A stretch of 64,000 nucleotides of DNA, from assembly GCF_009914755.1 (NCBI RefSeq), contig NC_060947.1. The stretch is one strand, 5' to 3'. The notes beneath the pieces were generated by a model. The model saw only the letters and a list, made by a program, of their open reading frames with translations, made no database searches and had not been told where the DNA came from. Numbering within the stretch: position 1 is the first letter of the stretch; each line of letters opens with the position of its first letter. Below are positions 1 through 14,985 of the stretch, piece after piece. The translations under genes were made by a program, and so were the position numbers. The stretch is from the human T2T-CHM13v2.0 reference genome, Homo sapiens.

Positions 1-45
<45 letters not shown>

Positions 46-58
46 CGTGTGTGTGTGT
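1..58. repeat. (GT)n microsatellite
   Basis: Near-perfect GT run from the window start. Confidence 0.97.
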
Positions 59-75
59 TAAGAATACATAATATG

Positions 76-402
76 GGCCGGGCACAGTGTCTCATGCCTG
101 TAATCTCAGCACTTTGGGAAGCTGAGCCAGGTGGATCACGAGGTCAGGAGATCGAGACCCTCCTGGACAACATGGTGAAACCCTGTCTCTACCAAAAATA
201 CAAAAATTAGCTGGGCGTGGTGGTGCGTGCCTGTAATCTCAGCTACTCGGGAGGCTGAGGCAGGAGAATCACCTGAACCAGGGAATTGGAGGTTTCAGTG
301 AGCTGAGATCGTGCCACTGCACTCTAGTCTGGTGACAGAGCAAGACTCCATCTAAAACTAGTCTGGTGACAGAGCAAGACTCCATCTAAAAAAAAAAAAA
401 AA
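76..402 (+). mobile_element. Alu, AluSc-like, with a 34-bp tandem duplication at its 3' end
   Basis: GGCCGGGC start, GGATCACGAGGTC, the Sc-type one-G deletion (CTGGTGACAG) and a poly-A tail. Flanked by the target-site duplication (TSD) GAATACATAA(T/C)AT. Confidence 0.93.
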
Positions 403-939
403 CAATGAATACATAACATCATGAGATCTACTCTCTTCAATTTTGAAGTATAAAATACCATATTGTTAACTATAGGCACCATGTTGTACAGCAGATCTCT
501 AGAACTTATTCATCTAGCATAACGTACTTTATACCCATTGAACAACTCTCAATTTCCCCCACTTTCCAACCCTGCCAATCACTTTGTATACTTTTCCTTC
601 CATGAATTTGACTATTATAGATACCTCATATAAGTGAAATCATGCAGTATTTGTCCTATGGCTGGCTTACTTCACTTAGCATATTGTCCTTTCATTTCCT
701 ACATGATCTAGCAAATGAAAGGATTTTCTTTTTTTTAAAGCTGAATAATATTCCACTAGATATGTAAACCACATTATCTTTATCCATTCATGAGTTGATG
801 CCCACTTGGGTTTTTTCCATATATGGGCTATTTGAAATAATGCTGCAATGAACATGGGAATGCAGATATCTCTTGGAGATACTGATTTTATTTCCTTTGT
901 GTATATGCACATAAGTGAGATTGCTGGATCATGTGATAG

Positions 940-1349
<410 letters not shown>

Positions 1350-1865
1350 TCTTTTTGATAGTAGCTATCCTATTATGTGTGAAGTGATAGATCTCATTGT
1401 AGCTTTGATTTGCATTTCCCTAATGATTAATGATGTTGATTACCTTCTCATATGCCTGTTGGCCATCTGTATGTCTTTTTTGGAGAAATATATTTTCAAG
1501 ACTTTAGCCCATTTTTTAAACTGGGTTGTTTGTTGTTGTTGCAGTTGAATTGTATGAGTTTCTTATATATTTTGGATATTAATCCCTTGTCAGATATACA
1601 GTTGACAAATTTTTTCCCATTCTGTAGACTTTTCATTCTGTTGATTGTTTCTGTGCAGAAGCTTTTTAGATTGATGTGGGCCCACTTGTCTATTTTTCCT
1701 TTTGTTGCCTGTGCTTTTGGTGTCATAGCCAATAACTTACTGCCATGACAAATGTGTAGCAACTCTTCTCCTGTTTTCTTCTAGGAGTTCTGCATTTTCA
1801 GCCCTTACATTTCAGTATTTCTTTTTAAGCTGATTTTAGTGTATGGTTTAAAGTAGAGGTTAAAT

Positions 1866-1991
1866 TTCTTTCTCTCTCTCTTTTTCTTTCTCTCTCTCTT
1901 TCCCTTTCTTTCTTTCTCTCTCTTTTTTCTTTCTTTCTTTCTCCCTTCCTTCCTTTTCTCTCTCTCTCTCTTTCTTTTCTTTTCTTTTTCA
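1866..1991. repeat. (TC)n/(TTTC)n polypyrimidine simple repeat
   Basis: About 125 bp of C and T only. Confidence 0.95.
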
Positions 1992-2729
1992 CATCAATAT
2001 CCAGTTTCCACAACACCATTTGTTGAAAAGACTATCCTTTCCCCATTGTGCATTATTGGCACCCTTGTCAAAGATCATTTGACTATATGCATTGGATTAT
2101 TTCTGGGCTTTTTATTCTGTTCCATTGGTCTGTATGTCTGTTTTTATGACAGTACAAAACTGTTTTGATTACTCTAGCTTTATAATATATTTTGAAATCA
2201 GGACGTATTATGCTTCCTGCTTTGTTCTTTCTCAAGATTATTTTAGCTATTCTGTGTCTTTTATCACTCCATATGAATTTTAGGATTGTTTTCCTATGTC
2301 TGTAAAAAAATGCCATTGGAATTTTGACAGGAATAGCAATGACTCTGTAGGCCACTGGGTAGTATGGACATTTTAACATCAATTATTCCAATCTATTAAA
2401 ATAGGATATATTCCCATTTACTTGTTTCCTGTAAATTTTTTTTATCAATCTTTTGTAGTTTTCAGTGCAAAAGTCTTTCACCTCCTCGGTTAAGTTTACT
2501 CCTAAGTATTTTATTTTCTTTTATGCTATTGTAAAAGGGACTGTTTTCTTAATATCCTTTTTGGACAGTTCATTGTTAGTGTGTAAAAAGCTGATTTTTC
2601 TCTGTTGATTTTGTAGTCTGCAAATTTACTGAATTTAAAAACTAGTTCTAATATTCTTCTGTGGAGTCTAGGTTTTCTGTATATAGGATCATAACATCTG
2701 AAAAGAGAAATAATTTTACTTCTTTATTA

Positions 2730-3897
2730 TTAGGATTATGGGTAAATTTCTATATACATACAACCTGCCATGACTGAATTATGAAGACGTAAAAATCTTT
2801 ACAGAATAATAATGAGTAAGGAGGTTGAATCAACAATCAAAAGCCTCTGAAAAAGAAAAGCCCCTGACCAGATGGCTTTACTGGTGAATTATACCAAACA
2901 TTTCAAGAAGAATGAATGCCAGTTCTTGTCAAACACTTCAAAAATGCTGAAGAGAGGGGGAGACTGCCAAACTTATTTTATGATACCATCATTACATAAT
3001 ACCAAAGCCAGACAAAGATATTACAAGAAGAGAAAATTAAAGGCTAATATCGTTGATGAATATAGATTCAAAAATCCTCAAAAAATACTAGCAAACAAAA
3101 TTCAATAGTACATTAAAAATATTATGCACCATGATCAAGTGGGGTTTATTCATCATAGTCTATTCAAATTGCTATAACAAAATACCATAGGTTGAGTGGC
3201 TTATAAAAAAATAGAAATTAATTTCTTACAGTTCTGGAAGCTAGGAAGTCCAAGCTCAAGGCACCAGCAGATTCTATGTCTGGTGAGGCCCCGTTTCCCA
3301 ATTTAGAGATGGCCGTCTTATTGCTGCCTCGCCACTTGGCAGAAGGAGCAAGAGAGGTCTCTGGTGTCTCTTTTATAAGGGCACTAATCACATTCATAAG
3401 AGCTCCATTCTCATAACCTAATCACATCCCAAACACCACTCTTTCAAATACCATGAAATTGGGGATTAGGTTCCAACATATGAAATTTGGGGAGTGGAGG
3501 ACACAAACATTCGTCTATTGCATCATCCTTGGGGTTACAAGGATGGTTCAATATATGCAGATCAATGAATGTAATACCCAACGTTAACGAAATTAATACT
3601 AAAAATCACATGATCTTTTTAATAGGAGTAGAAAAAGCATTGGAAATAATTTAACATTATTTCATGATAAAACTGATCAACAAACTAGGTATAGAAGGAA
3701 TGTACTTCAACATAATAAAGGTCATAGATGACAAGCTGAAATCTAACATTATACTTAATGGTGGAAAGTTGTAAGCTTTTCCTCTAAAATCAGGAAGAAG
3801 ACAAGGATGCCAACTTTCACCATTTCTATTCAACATAGTACTGGAAGTCCCAACCAGAGCAATTTAGGAAAGAGAAAGAAATAAAATGAATTAAAAT
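2730..3897 (+). mobile_element. L1 ORF2 middle segment; inverted arm of the same insertion
   Basis: Runs from an MDKFLDTY-like start to a VLEVLARAIRQEKEIKG-like end on the + strand. Split by MLT1A0. Confidence 0.88.
3152..3522 (-). mobile_element. MLT1A0-like MaLR solo LTR
   Basis: TGCTATAACAAAATACCATAG...CTTTTATAAGGGCACTAATC...GACACAAACATTC matches the reverse complement of MLT1A/A0. Confidence 0.88.
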
Positions 3898-3910
3898 GTT
3901 ATTATTCTCT

Positions 3911-4080
3911 ATCTGCTCCATCTAATGCATAGTCATTAGCCACGTGTGGCTATAAAGCAAGTGAAATATGGCTATTTTGACTGCGGAACTAAATTTTTAT
4001 TTTTATTTGGTTTTACTTAATTTTCATTTAAATTTAAATAGCCAAATGTGGCCAGTAGACACATTTTTAGGCAGCACAGA
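3911..4080. mobile_element. MER3-like hAT-Charlie element
   Basis: Palindromic TAGCCACGTGTGGC / TAGCCAAATGTGGC arms around an AT-rich centre. Confidence 0.8.
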
Positions 4081-4259
4081 CTATATGTATTATTCAACCT
4101 TGGAAGAAAGGTATCTTCCTCCCACAGTGAATAACTTAAAGTAGGACAATTTTGTAGCACTGAGAATGTGACTCCTTCCTACTAATCAGAATAGCTGACT
4201 TATCCCTACAGTGGTTATAGTCAAATTTCCCAAATATTCATGTACCCTTTAAATTCGTA

Positions 4260-4795
4260 GTAAACTATTTCTTCATTTTTAATGTAAGCAATTATTGGTA
4301 TACACTTCCCTCTCAGAACTACTTTTTCTCTGTCCCACAGGTTTTGGTATACTGAGCCTGGGGCTACTGGTGTCAGCCTGGTGGTAGTGCAGCTCATCTG
4401 ATGCCTGGGGCTGCAGGATCCTAGTTGGTTCCTGTGACAGACCTTGGGAAGCTCAATCTCAGGTAAAGCCTGGAGTCTGGGGTCATAGGGGCCTGCCCAG
4501 TACTGGGTTTTAATGGGGCACGTCCAGTGTTGGACCTCACAGCAAAGTGCTCACTTCCCTCTTCTTCCCTCAAGCAGAAAGTTTCTCCCTCCATGTTGCG
4601 CTGCCGGAGGTTGAGGGAAGCTTTTCTTAATTGTGTCTTTTAAAAATGTATGTGCTATACCCAGGTGCTGTAATCTCTTCCTTGGTTTCCCAATCTCTTG
4701 TAAAGGTATTTTTGTGCATGAATAATTGTTCAAATGGAAGTTTTTTTGCAGAAACAAGTGCAGGAAAGTCCTATTTTGCCATTTTGCTGATGTCT
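4260..4795 (-). mobile_element. Old L1M 5' UTR fused to a short ORF2 fragment
   Basis: GCCATTTTGCTGATGTC is the reverse complement of an L1 5' start. 4260-4351 encodes a YQNLWD..K.VLRGK-like peptide on the minus strand. Confidence 0.7.
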
Positions 4796-4811
4796 CTCCC
4801 CAGTATGGTCC

Positions 4812-5480
4812 ATTTAAAACAGAAATCACGTCATGTCTCTGCTCAAAACCCTCCAGCAGCTCCATTTTATTCAGAACAGGTCAAGGTTTACCATGGCCTG
4901 CAAGACCCTACATGGTTTTCATCCCCTAATTCTCTGATTTCATCTTTTGTGTACTCCTTGTTCACTCTGTCCCAGGCACATTGGCTGTTGCTCACAAACA
5001 CGAGGCATTTTAGGGTCTTTGCACTTGTGTCTTGCCTGAGGGTCTTTGCACTAGCTGTTTCCTCTGCCTAGAACATCCTTACACAAGAGTATTGTGTACT
5101 TCCCTTGTGTCTGTCTTTCTCCTATCCTTTGTGTCTTTGCTCAAGTCCCACCTCCCCAAAGATGCCTACTCCTGACCACTGTATTTAATACTGTACCTTG
5201 TTCTCAGCATAGCCAGCTCTCCTGATTTCCCTAACTCTGCTCTATTTGGTTTCTTTTTTTTACTACAGCAATCATCAGTTGTAACATGCTAGATCATTTA
5301 TTTATTTACTGTATGTATTTTTCAGTGTCTACCTTATCTTAGTAGAATGTCAACTCCAGGAAGGCAGTAAATTTTGCCTAGTTTTTTCACTGATATATCC
5401 CAAACACCTTGAAGGTGTCCTAACATACAATAAACACTTTATAAAAGTATATTGAAAACATTAGCCAATGTTTGTTAATG
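4812..5480 (+). mobile_element. L2 (L2a-like) 3' portion
   Basis: CTGCTCAAAACCCTCCAG, AGGGTCTTTGCACT and TAGAATGTCAACTCCAGGAAGGCAG match the L2 3' end. Confidence 0.8.
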
Positions 5481-7057
5481 AAGTCCGTATATCTATGATG
5501 TAAAAGTGTATATGTATGCATATGCATATGTATGTATAGAATGGTTTTAATGAGTTAAACTTCTGTGAGTAAACATACTTGATTGTTAGTGTAACATGAA
5601 AATTGCAAAGTCAGAATTTTCTAAATGAAAGGTCATAAAGCTTCTTTAGTAAATGTTAATTTGTTTCAAAGTATTTTAATAGTGATATAAAATCCTAGAT
5701 GTGTTCAATTGGGTTGAGATAATGATATTGGAGAAAAATTATAATTTTCTTGATGCCCAAGCCCTTCCATCTTTAATTTTAATACTTACGGCACTTCATT
5801 AAAATGCATGCTGTATTTAATTTTCCAGGAAATTGTACAGCATAAAAGAAGAATGTATATTCAAAGCAATTTCCAGTCAAACTAGTTGAAACTTTTAGAA
5901 TATAAGCCAATAGAGCCTGTGTCTTTTCTAGATGTGAGGCTGTTCTTGGCACATTTGCAGGGGTCAGTGTAGCTTCTGAGCTACCTTTAACCCTTGCTCG
6001 GTGCACCTATTTCCTAAGACCTTTATCACATTCTGTACCCTTTCCAAATTGCCGATACCAATTTCAAATCCCCAGGGCAGACATAATATTCTCATAATAT
6101 CTGACCACTGCTAACAGCTGTGGGAAGAAAACTTGCTGTTTTTAGAGCCTCTGCTTCAGTGTACATATCCCATTTTCATCCCTCGTTTCTTAAAAGAATT
6201 ATATTGCTGACAAATTTAACTTTGAGTCCATAATAAATCTTGGAAATTTTTTCTGGCAACCGCTTCAAAGCTGGTTATTTCTGATTGTGTAGTCATGGAA
6301 ATCATGTTTTATCCTTAAAATGATCCTACACTTATCAATGTTAAAATTAGCATATTTTTCTCTCTTTCTGCTGGTGAAGGTCAATTTTCCCTCTTGTTTT
6401 ATTGGAGAGGCTGTTTGACAACCTTGTCAGAGCTAGTATTTCCATGAAAATTTGATGAATCGACTATATCCCATCTCTATATCCAAATGAATATAAACTG
6501 TTCGAGGACAAGTTTATGTCCCATTCAGTTTTGTATTTTCTACAGAATTTAGCACATAATATGTGTTCCATTCCACATATTATATGCTAGCACTAACATA
6601 GTCTGGTCCTTCATTATCTCTTAACTGGATTAGAGTTATAATGCCCTAACTTGTCTCCCCACCTCTGGTTTCTTCAAACGTTACTTGGGCTACAGACATA
6701 ATAAATTACTTGTAAGTAGTCTGGATATAACCTGTTCTATTTACCCATATGCATGCTACTCTCTCTCCCTGAAATGTCTTTCACCTGCATCTGCCTGGTT
6801 CAATCCTAAATATCCTTCCAGATTCAGTTCATATGTTACCTCCTTTGCAAAGGCATCTCTGATGCCTCAGAGTGGCAATATAGCCTTGTGGTTATGGGCT
6901 CAGACTCTGAAACGAGGTTGTTGGAGTTGGTTTATTTTGCCTCTTACTAGTTGCATAACCTCAGGAAAGTTACTTAACCTCTCGGTGCCTTGGTTTCCTA
7001 ACTGTAAAGAAAATAGGAACATCTTCATAGGATTGTTGTGATAATTAAATAAACTGA

Positions 7058-7414
7058 TAGACACTGAGCACCCTCAATCCAAAAATCTGAAACCTGAAAT
7101 GTTTCAAAATCCGAAACCTTTTGAGTGCTAACATGACATCACAAGTGGAAAATTCTACACCTGACCTCAGGTGATGGATCACAGTGAAAATGCAATGAAA
7201 ACTTTGTTTCATGCACGAAATTATTTCAAAGTATTGCATAAAATTACCTTCAGGCTATGTGTATAAAGTGTATATTAAACATAAATGAATTTTATGTTTG
7301 GAATACGGTCCCATCCCCAAGATATCTCATCATGTATACCTAAATATTCCAAAAATCTGAAATTTGAAACACTTCTGGTCTCAAGCATTTCAGATAAGGG
7401 ATACACAAACCATG

Positions 7415-7416
<2 letters not shown>
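7058..7416. mobile_element. Tigger4b (Zombi/MER46 family) non-autonomous DNA transposon
   Basis: AAAATTACCTTCAGGCTATGTGTATAA and GTCCCATCCCCAAGATATCTC, with degenerate terminal inverted repeats and TA flanks. Confidence 0.82.
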
Positions 7417-7456
<40 letters not shown>

Positions 7457-7480
7457 GAGAGAGAGAGAAAGAGAGAGAGA
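7417..7480. repeat. Compound (CA)n(TA)n(GA)n microsatellite
   Basis: Directly visible. Confidence 0.95.
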
Positions 7481-8248
7481 GCTCTTAGAATAGTACCTGT
7501 TTCATGGTAAGCATGCAGTAAATGTTAGCTCTTATGCGTAGTGTAATAGATATATTGACATTGTTATTTTTATTATCACTCTAGTCCCTTAAGCTGAGTT
7601 ATTACATAATTTTTATCATTGCTGTTTAACATTGATTTTTAATTATTTTTACCTTGTGACCATACCATGAGTTGACTGAGTGGAGATACTTTTACTTAGT
7701 CAACTGCTGGACCTAGTACAGTGTTTAATAGTCAATAGGGCAAAATAAATATTATTTGGAGTGAGTGACTAAGCTGAAATATCTTCTCAATGAAACTATC
7801 AACATTTATAATGAGTAGTTCTTAATACCCGCCCAAGGAATTTCATGATGATTTTAAAGTATCATACCTAAATATAGCTGTGTTGATAGTAATCATGCAT
7901 CAGTCCCAGGAGCAGTAGCATTCACTGTACTCAATTTAATGTTTTCCTCAAAACCAACCTTACTAAATAAAATGCTATTAAGATTTGAGGAGGCCCAGAC
8001 ACAAAAGAGTCAAGTAATTCTTTTCATTGCCATAAAAGTATTCAAGAATATGGCAAACAGCTTTCTTCCGGCCAATTCAACATTTGCTCCCACTAGCCAT
8101 TCTACTTCCAGGTTTAACACTTACAAGAAAAAGAAAATGCTTCAATTATCAATAATTCAAATTGAAAGTGACACTTTTTTTGAAGTAGTATTATTTTAAT
8201 ATTTTTGGGCAATAGTCAACACCTAACGTATGAAAGCAATTTCCTTTT

Positions 8249-8250
<2 letters not shown>

Positions 8251-8297
<47 letters not shown>
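8251..8297. repeat. (GT)n microsatellite at the tail position of the host Alu
   Basis: Perfect GT run abutting GATGGAGTTTTGCTC. Confidence 0.95.
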
Positions 8298-8911
<614 letters not shown>

Positions 8912-10707
8912 AGAAATTTCTATTAATGTCAATAAAAGCTCATAGTGTTTGACATATTTTATTTTCTTAAGAGCTATGTTGCATGAAAAGCCTAGTGCTG
9001 AAATAAATTCCTTTAGGCACCTGGACCTTACATTTTATCTGTGTTCATGGTCCAATCTTCATGTTTAGAATCAACATATTCCTCTGAGTTCTAAAGCATT
9101 TATTTTATAATAACAATTTATTATTAAACCCATTTCATTATAAGCTAAAATCTACTACAATTGCATTTTAAATCAATTGCTAACATTGAGCTATCAGTAC
9201 ATTACTTCAAATTGATCCAAAGATATAAAGAATTAAAAACTGTGTTTATTCATTCATTTATGTAACTCCCTAGAAAATCAGACATGTTTTGTGCTAAACC
9301 TGAACAAGGAAGTGTGTATCCCCAGGATGTAATGGCTGTTGCATTGGTTCTAATATTGAGGAAAAGAGACTGAAAACTAGATATAGAGAGCCAGGTATAT
9401 CAGGTGGTCTGAATGCATCTCAAACCTGAACGCATCTCTATTTAATTCTGGAAAATTAAATAGAGAAGAATTTTACTGGAAGAATATTACTAGTAGCTCA
9501 AAGAGTTGAGGGGAGAACCAGAGAATCAGGCCCAGGAAATGAGAAGGAACTAAAGAGTTGAGTAATGTTGCAGAAAAAAAATCTTATTTACAAATGTATC
9601 TGCTGCCACTGTCCACAATCTCCTCCATGACACACAGGCACCATAGCTAGATGCAGAAAAGCAAATCATAAAATCATTTTCCTTTAGGTCACTAGGCTAA
9701 AAAAGAGAATCCTTGATGATAATATCTGAGTATTGATTTCCATGCTCTGGCCACTAGGAGACGAGAAGAGGACAGATTTTACCTTTAAGCACCTGTCATT
9801 GGGAGATGCACTATCACCTACTGAGAATCTCAGTTTAAAGGTTCTCCGAAATTAGAAAGCCATTTCACTTTCTGAGCAGCAAAAAATGACATCTGTACAT
9901 TCTCAAAGTCCCAATAACATTGTTTGAGTCATATGCAGAGCTTAATCTAAAGCCTGTCTCCTCCTGAACAATCTGATTACATGGCTTATTAAATTAACAT
10001 TTTGGTTTAAGCCAGTTTGTTTCAGGTTTATCTGTTATGTCCTATGGAGTTCCTACCACCAGTACTCAGGGCTTCTGAAATTTTCTGCATTGTGGCATCC
10101 CTATTTCAGGGATCTCCAGATCACACTAGCTTAACTTTGAGAAGTGGGTTTCTAACTTTTAATTTTCTAGTATGGTGACCACTACCCAAATATATGCTCT
10201 TACCCAATCAGATTGTCTGCTTGACTGAATTTCCACATGTCACTATGTGGGTTTTCCATTAGGATGTTCTTTCCACCTTTGGGCATGTGCCAACCAGGAC
10301 CAGCACACAACTTCAGATGGCATCATTCGATTTGAGCATCCAGCTCAAGCCATGGAGTACATAGCCCATAAAACTGGATGAACATGGCAGCTTCTTCAAA
10401 TTTGAGTATTGATTGGATTATCTTTACTCGGGCTTCATTCAGAAATTATTTAATGCAGCTTACAAAAATCTGTAAAATTAAATTAAAAATGAAATAAAAT
10501 CATTTATGAATAAAAGGGGGCTCAAAATTTAATGAAAAGCAATAACTGGCTCATAACACAGAGTCATACTTTTGTTCTCAACTTTCTAGCAGCCAACCTG
10601 CAAAGAGGAAGTAGTCGTTTCTCCAGGTAATATTCCCCATACATTAAAAACAATACAATTGCTTAGGGAAGCACAACTATTAATGGAATTCAAACCAGAC
10701 ACGATCC

Positions 10708-11135
10708 TCTCAAAGTTAGCTCACATTCTCAGAGAAGTAGACACTAAGACAGGATTAAACAAAGCAAGATTTATTGGGAAAAAAATGGATATGAAGGAAA
10801 GGAGGAGGGAGCTATCAGACCACAATACAATTTCAACACCATGAAGGAGAGATGGAAGGAAGGAAGGTTAGGTAGGAAAAGTCTTAGATTGTATGGTAAT
10901 TTAAGGAAAGTATTAGCAAGGCTGATGAGAAATCCTTGAGCCAAAGTTGCTCACTAGAGAAGTCTTGTATCTTGCTGGAATATCCCTGCTTTAGTACTCT
11001 GGTACATACCATCATTGGCTAGGAAGAGCCTGTGAAAAGTATGGTAATGGACTCAGATCTCAACAGCTGGAGTCATTGATCAGTTATGCTCCCCACAGCA
11101 GAAGATCTGAGAGCAACATTTTCATTGCTGCCACA
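10708..11135 (-). mobile_element. LTR16-family ERVL solo LTR
   Basis: TATGCTCCCCACAGCAGAAGATCTGAG...TGCCACA terminus and an AAGATTTATTGGG poly-A signal region. Confidence 0.72.
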
Positions 11136-11571
11136 CTCCCACACTCATTTTGGTGATTGTGGAAAGATGATGGCTACTAAATGTAATTGATTTACTTGAA
11201 TCAAGCCTGGAACTTTATGTACCTTGGAAACCGACACTTCCCAATTATTTTAACCTTCATGGCCAGCTGGATTTGCCCTTACTCAGATTATGCTGGCTAT
11301 GAGCTTTATAAATCTTGAAATATGAGAATCCATGCCCCATGGAGCTGGTGTTTTAGTGAAGGTTATAGACATGTCAGGAATGAAATATAATACAAGGTGG
11401 AGGAAATGTGTGTTTAATAAAGGTATAAACAATGTATTGTGGAGGGGCAGGGAGAAATGAGAGGTTTCAGTTTTCAATTCACAAGTGGCTTTACAGATGA
11501 ACAGTCAAGAACAGCCCAATCATTTGCATTTATTGTTTTAAATAATGAGGACTAATGCATTAATGTAGATC

Positions 11572-11760
11572 TGTAGGTCTCAAACTTTAGTGCACATCAG
11601 AATCATCTGGAGGACTCGCTAAAACACAGATTATTGAATCCACCCCCACCCAAAGAGTTTCTGATTCAATAGATCTGGGGATGGAGCCTGAGAATGCACA
11701 ACTTTAACAAGTTCCCAGGTGCTGCTAATGGTGGTCTGAGTAGCACTATAGGAGAACCAA
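11572..11760. mobile_element. MER5A hAT-Charlie element
   Basis: TCTCAAACTTTAGTGCACATCAGAATCATCTGGAG...AACAAGTTCCCAGGTG. Confidence 0.85.
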
Positions 11761-11872
11761 GTAAGTAAAACAAAAACTCTGTTGTTAGAATATGAGTTAC
11801 CCAAATAATTACTCTCATACTTCCCTCTCCTTAATTAGTCTTGAACTTATATCATCACGGGATCTCTGTTAA

Positions 11873-12385
11873 TTACATATGTACAATGGGGTACTATTCA
11901 GCCATAAAAATAATGACATCCAGTCATTTCAACAACATGGATGGAACTGAAGATCATGTTAAGTGAAATAAGCCAGGCACAGAAAGACAAACATTGCATG
12001 TTGTCACTTATTTGTGGGATGTAAACATCAAAACAACTGAACTCATGGACATAGAGAGTAGAAGGATGATTACCAGAGGCTGGGAAGAGTAGTGAGGGGC
12101 TGGTAGGGAGGTAGGGATTGTTAATGGGTCCAAAAAGTAGAAAGAATGAATGAGACCTATTTGATAGCACAACAGGGCGACTATAGTTAATAATAACTTA
12201 ATTGTACATTTTAAAACACTTAATGGGTGTAATTGGATTGTTTGTAACTCAAAGGAGAAATGCTTGAGGGAATGAATACCCCATTCTCCATGATGTGCTT
12301 ATTTCACATTGCATCACTGCATACCTGTACCAAAATATCTCATGTACTCCATAAATATATACACCTACTAAGTATCTACAACTAT
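11873..12385 (+). mobile_element. L1MA1/L1MA2-like 3' end
   Basis: GTAACTCAAAGG...CCCCATTCTCCATGATGTGCTTATTTCACATTGC 3' UTR. Confidence 0.85.
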
Positions 12386-12721
12386 ATATATAATTACAGG
12401 TTACATAGTAGCTTTGGTATCAAGCAAGTGTGGGTTCAAAATTGGGACTCTTGGGCTTGTTTTCTTGTTTTTATTAATTTTTTTTCAATTTACATTTTTT
12501 AAATTATGAAATTAACTCTAAGCCTAAAAGTAAGAGAAAAGTAACATCCACAGGCTCTGTTATAGCTGCCACTTGGATGTCAACTGTACTGGCATTTTTC
12601 ATAGAACTTTTCTCATTTTTAATCGTAATACATATTATTTTACATCTGGCTTTCATTGAACACTGTATCAACTGATTTTTTCAGATGTTTCAGGCGTTGT
12701 ACTATTTATCACTTTTTAAAA

Positions 12722-13024
12722 TTTTATTTATTTAATTTTATTTTTTATTAGACTTCAAGTTCTAGGGTACATATGCACAACGTGCAGGTTTGTTACATAT
12801 GTACACGTGTCATGTTGGTGTGCTGCACCCATTAACTGGTCATTTACATTAGGTATATCTCCTAATGCTATCCCTCCCCCCTCCTCCCACCAATGAGTTC
12901 ATGTCCTTTGTAGGGACATGGATGAAGCTGGAAACCATCATTCTCAGCAAACTATCGCAAGGACAAAAAACCAAACACTGCATGTTCTCACACATAGGTA
13001 GGAATTGAACAATGAGAACACTTG
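12722..13024 (-). mobile_element. Short 5'-inverted L1PA (L1PA3-5 class)
   Basis: 12722-12891 is the L1PA 3' terminus on the minus strand. 12892-13024 is the adjacent upstream segment on the + strand. Confidence 0.88.
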
Positions 13025-14218
13025 TTGTTATTAAAGTTTTTTTGATTCATTACCTCTCCCATCCCCAGCACTTGGCAACCACGCATCAATTTTCTGTCAC
13101 TGTACTTTTACCTCTTCCAGAGTGTTATATAAATGAATCCATACAGTGTGTAGATTTGGGAGTCTGGCTTCTTTCACTTACTAACATACATTTGCATTTA
13201 TCCATGTTTATGTGTATAAATAAGTATTTTATTCATTTGTATTGCTGAGCAGCATTTCACTGTATGGATATACTACACTAGTTTAGCCATTCATCAGTTG
13301 AAGGATATTGTCATCATTTCCCAATTTTGGCACTTATGAATACAGCTGCTATAAATATTCAAGAATATCATCATTTCACTTAGGTAAATCCTAATAGTGG
13401 GATTTCTGGGTCATGTGGCAAGTGTATGTTTAACTTCATAAAAAACTACTAAAGTATTTTCCAAATTGGTTCTATCATTTCACATTTTCACGGCAATGTA
13501 TGAGAGATCCAGTTACTCTAAATCTTTGTCTGCCCTTCATATTTTCAGTTAATTTGTTTTTATTTTAGCCTTTTTAATATGTAGTGGTATTTTACAAAAA
13601 AAAATAAAAAGTGTAGGAGTATTTTATTATCATTTTAATTTGAATTTCTCTAATGACTAATGATGTTCATATACATTTATGTACATCTTGTTTGGTGAAA
13701 TTTTACTTTAGGGTTTCTAGTAGAGATGACTTATAACAGTCTGCCTTCAATTAATATTATATTACTTCATTTATAGAAGGGCTTGAAAATAGTACAATTT
13801 ATTTCCATTTTCCCTGCCTTTGTGCTATTGTCATATAGTTTATTTCCATAGCTGTTATAGATAACACAATCTTTTTATTATTTTTATTTGAAGATTTGAT
13901 TATCTTTTAAAGTACTTCAGAATATAAGGAAACATCATTTTATATTTACTCACATACTTACCATTTCTGGTTTCTTCACTCCTTTGTGTAGATGCAGATT
14001 TTTATCTGTTAACATTTCCTTCTACCTAAAGGATTTCATTTAAAATTGCACATCTACTGGTGATGAATTCTTTCACTTCTTGTATATTGAAATAAGCTTT
14101 TATTTCACTTTTATTTTTGAAATTTTTGCTGATTATAAACTAAGTCTGATAGCTATTTTTTTCAGTAATTTAAAGATATTGCTCCACTGTCTTCTTATTT
14201 GAACTGTTCCCAACATAA

Positions 14219-14653
<435 letters not shown>

Positions 14654-14680
14654 TAGTTTCAAGCAGTTTGATAAGGGTAC

Positions 14681-14985
<305 letters not shown>

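Larger units (their letters stand above)
6872..7530 (+). mobile_element. MIR split by a Tigger4b insertion
   Basis: Core AAGTTACTTAACCTCTCGGTGCCTTGGTTTCC. The 3' tail resumes at about 7483 (CTTAGAATAGTACCTG). Confidence 0.8.

Noticed and set aside
4631-5071. Longest ORF (146 aa)
   Set aside because: It spans an L1 5' UTR / L2 junction, starts at TTG and has no recognisable domain, so it is a chance frame.
5516-5527. Perfect MORE palindrome ATGCATATGCAT
   Set aside because: It lies within (TATG/CATA) low-complexity sequence and is expected from slippage.
5780-5830. Possible minus-strand 21-nt microexon ending GCC|GTAAGT
   Set aside because: The acceptor (AAATTAAATACAG) lacks a pyrimidine tract.
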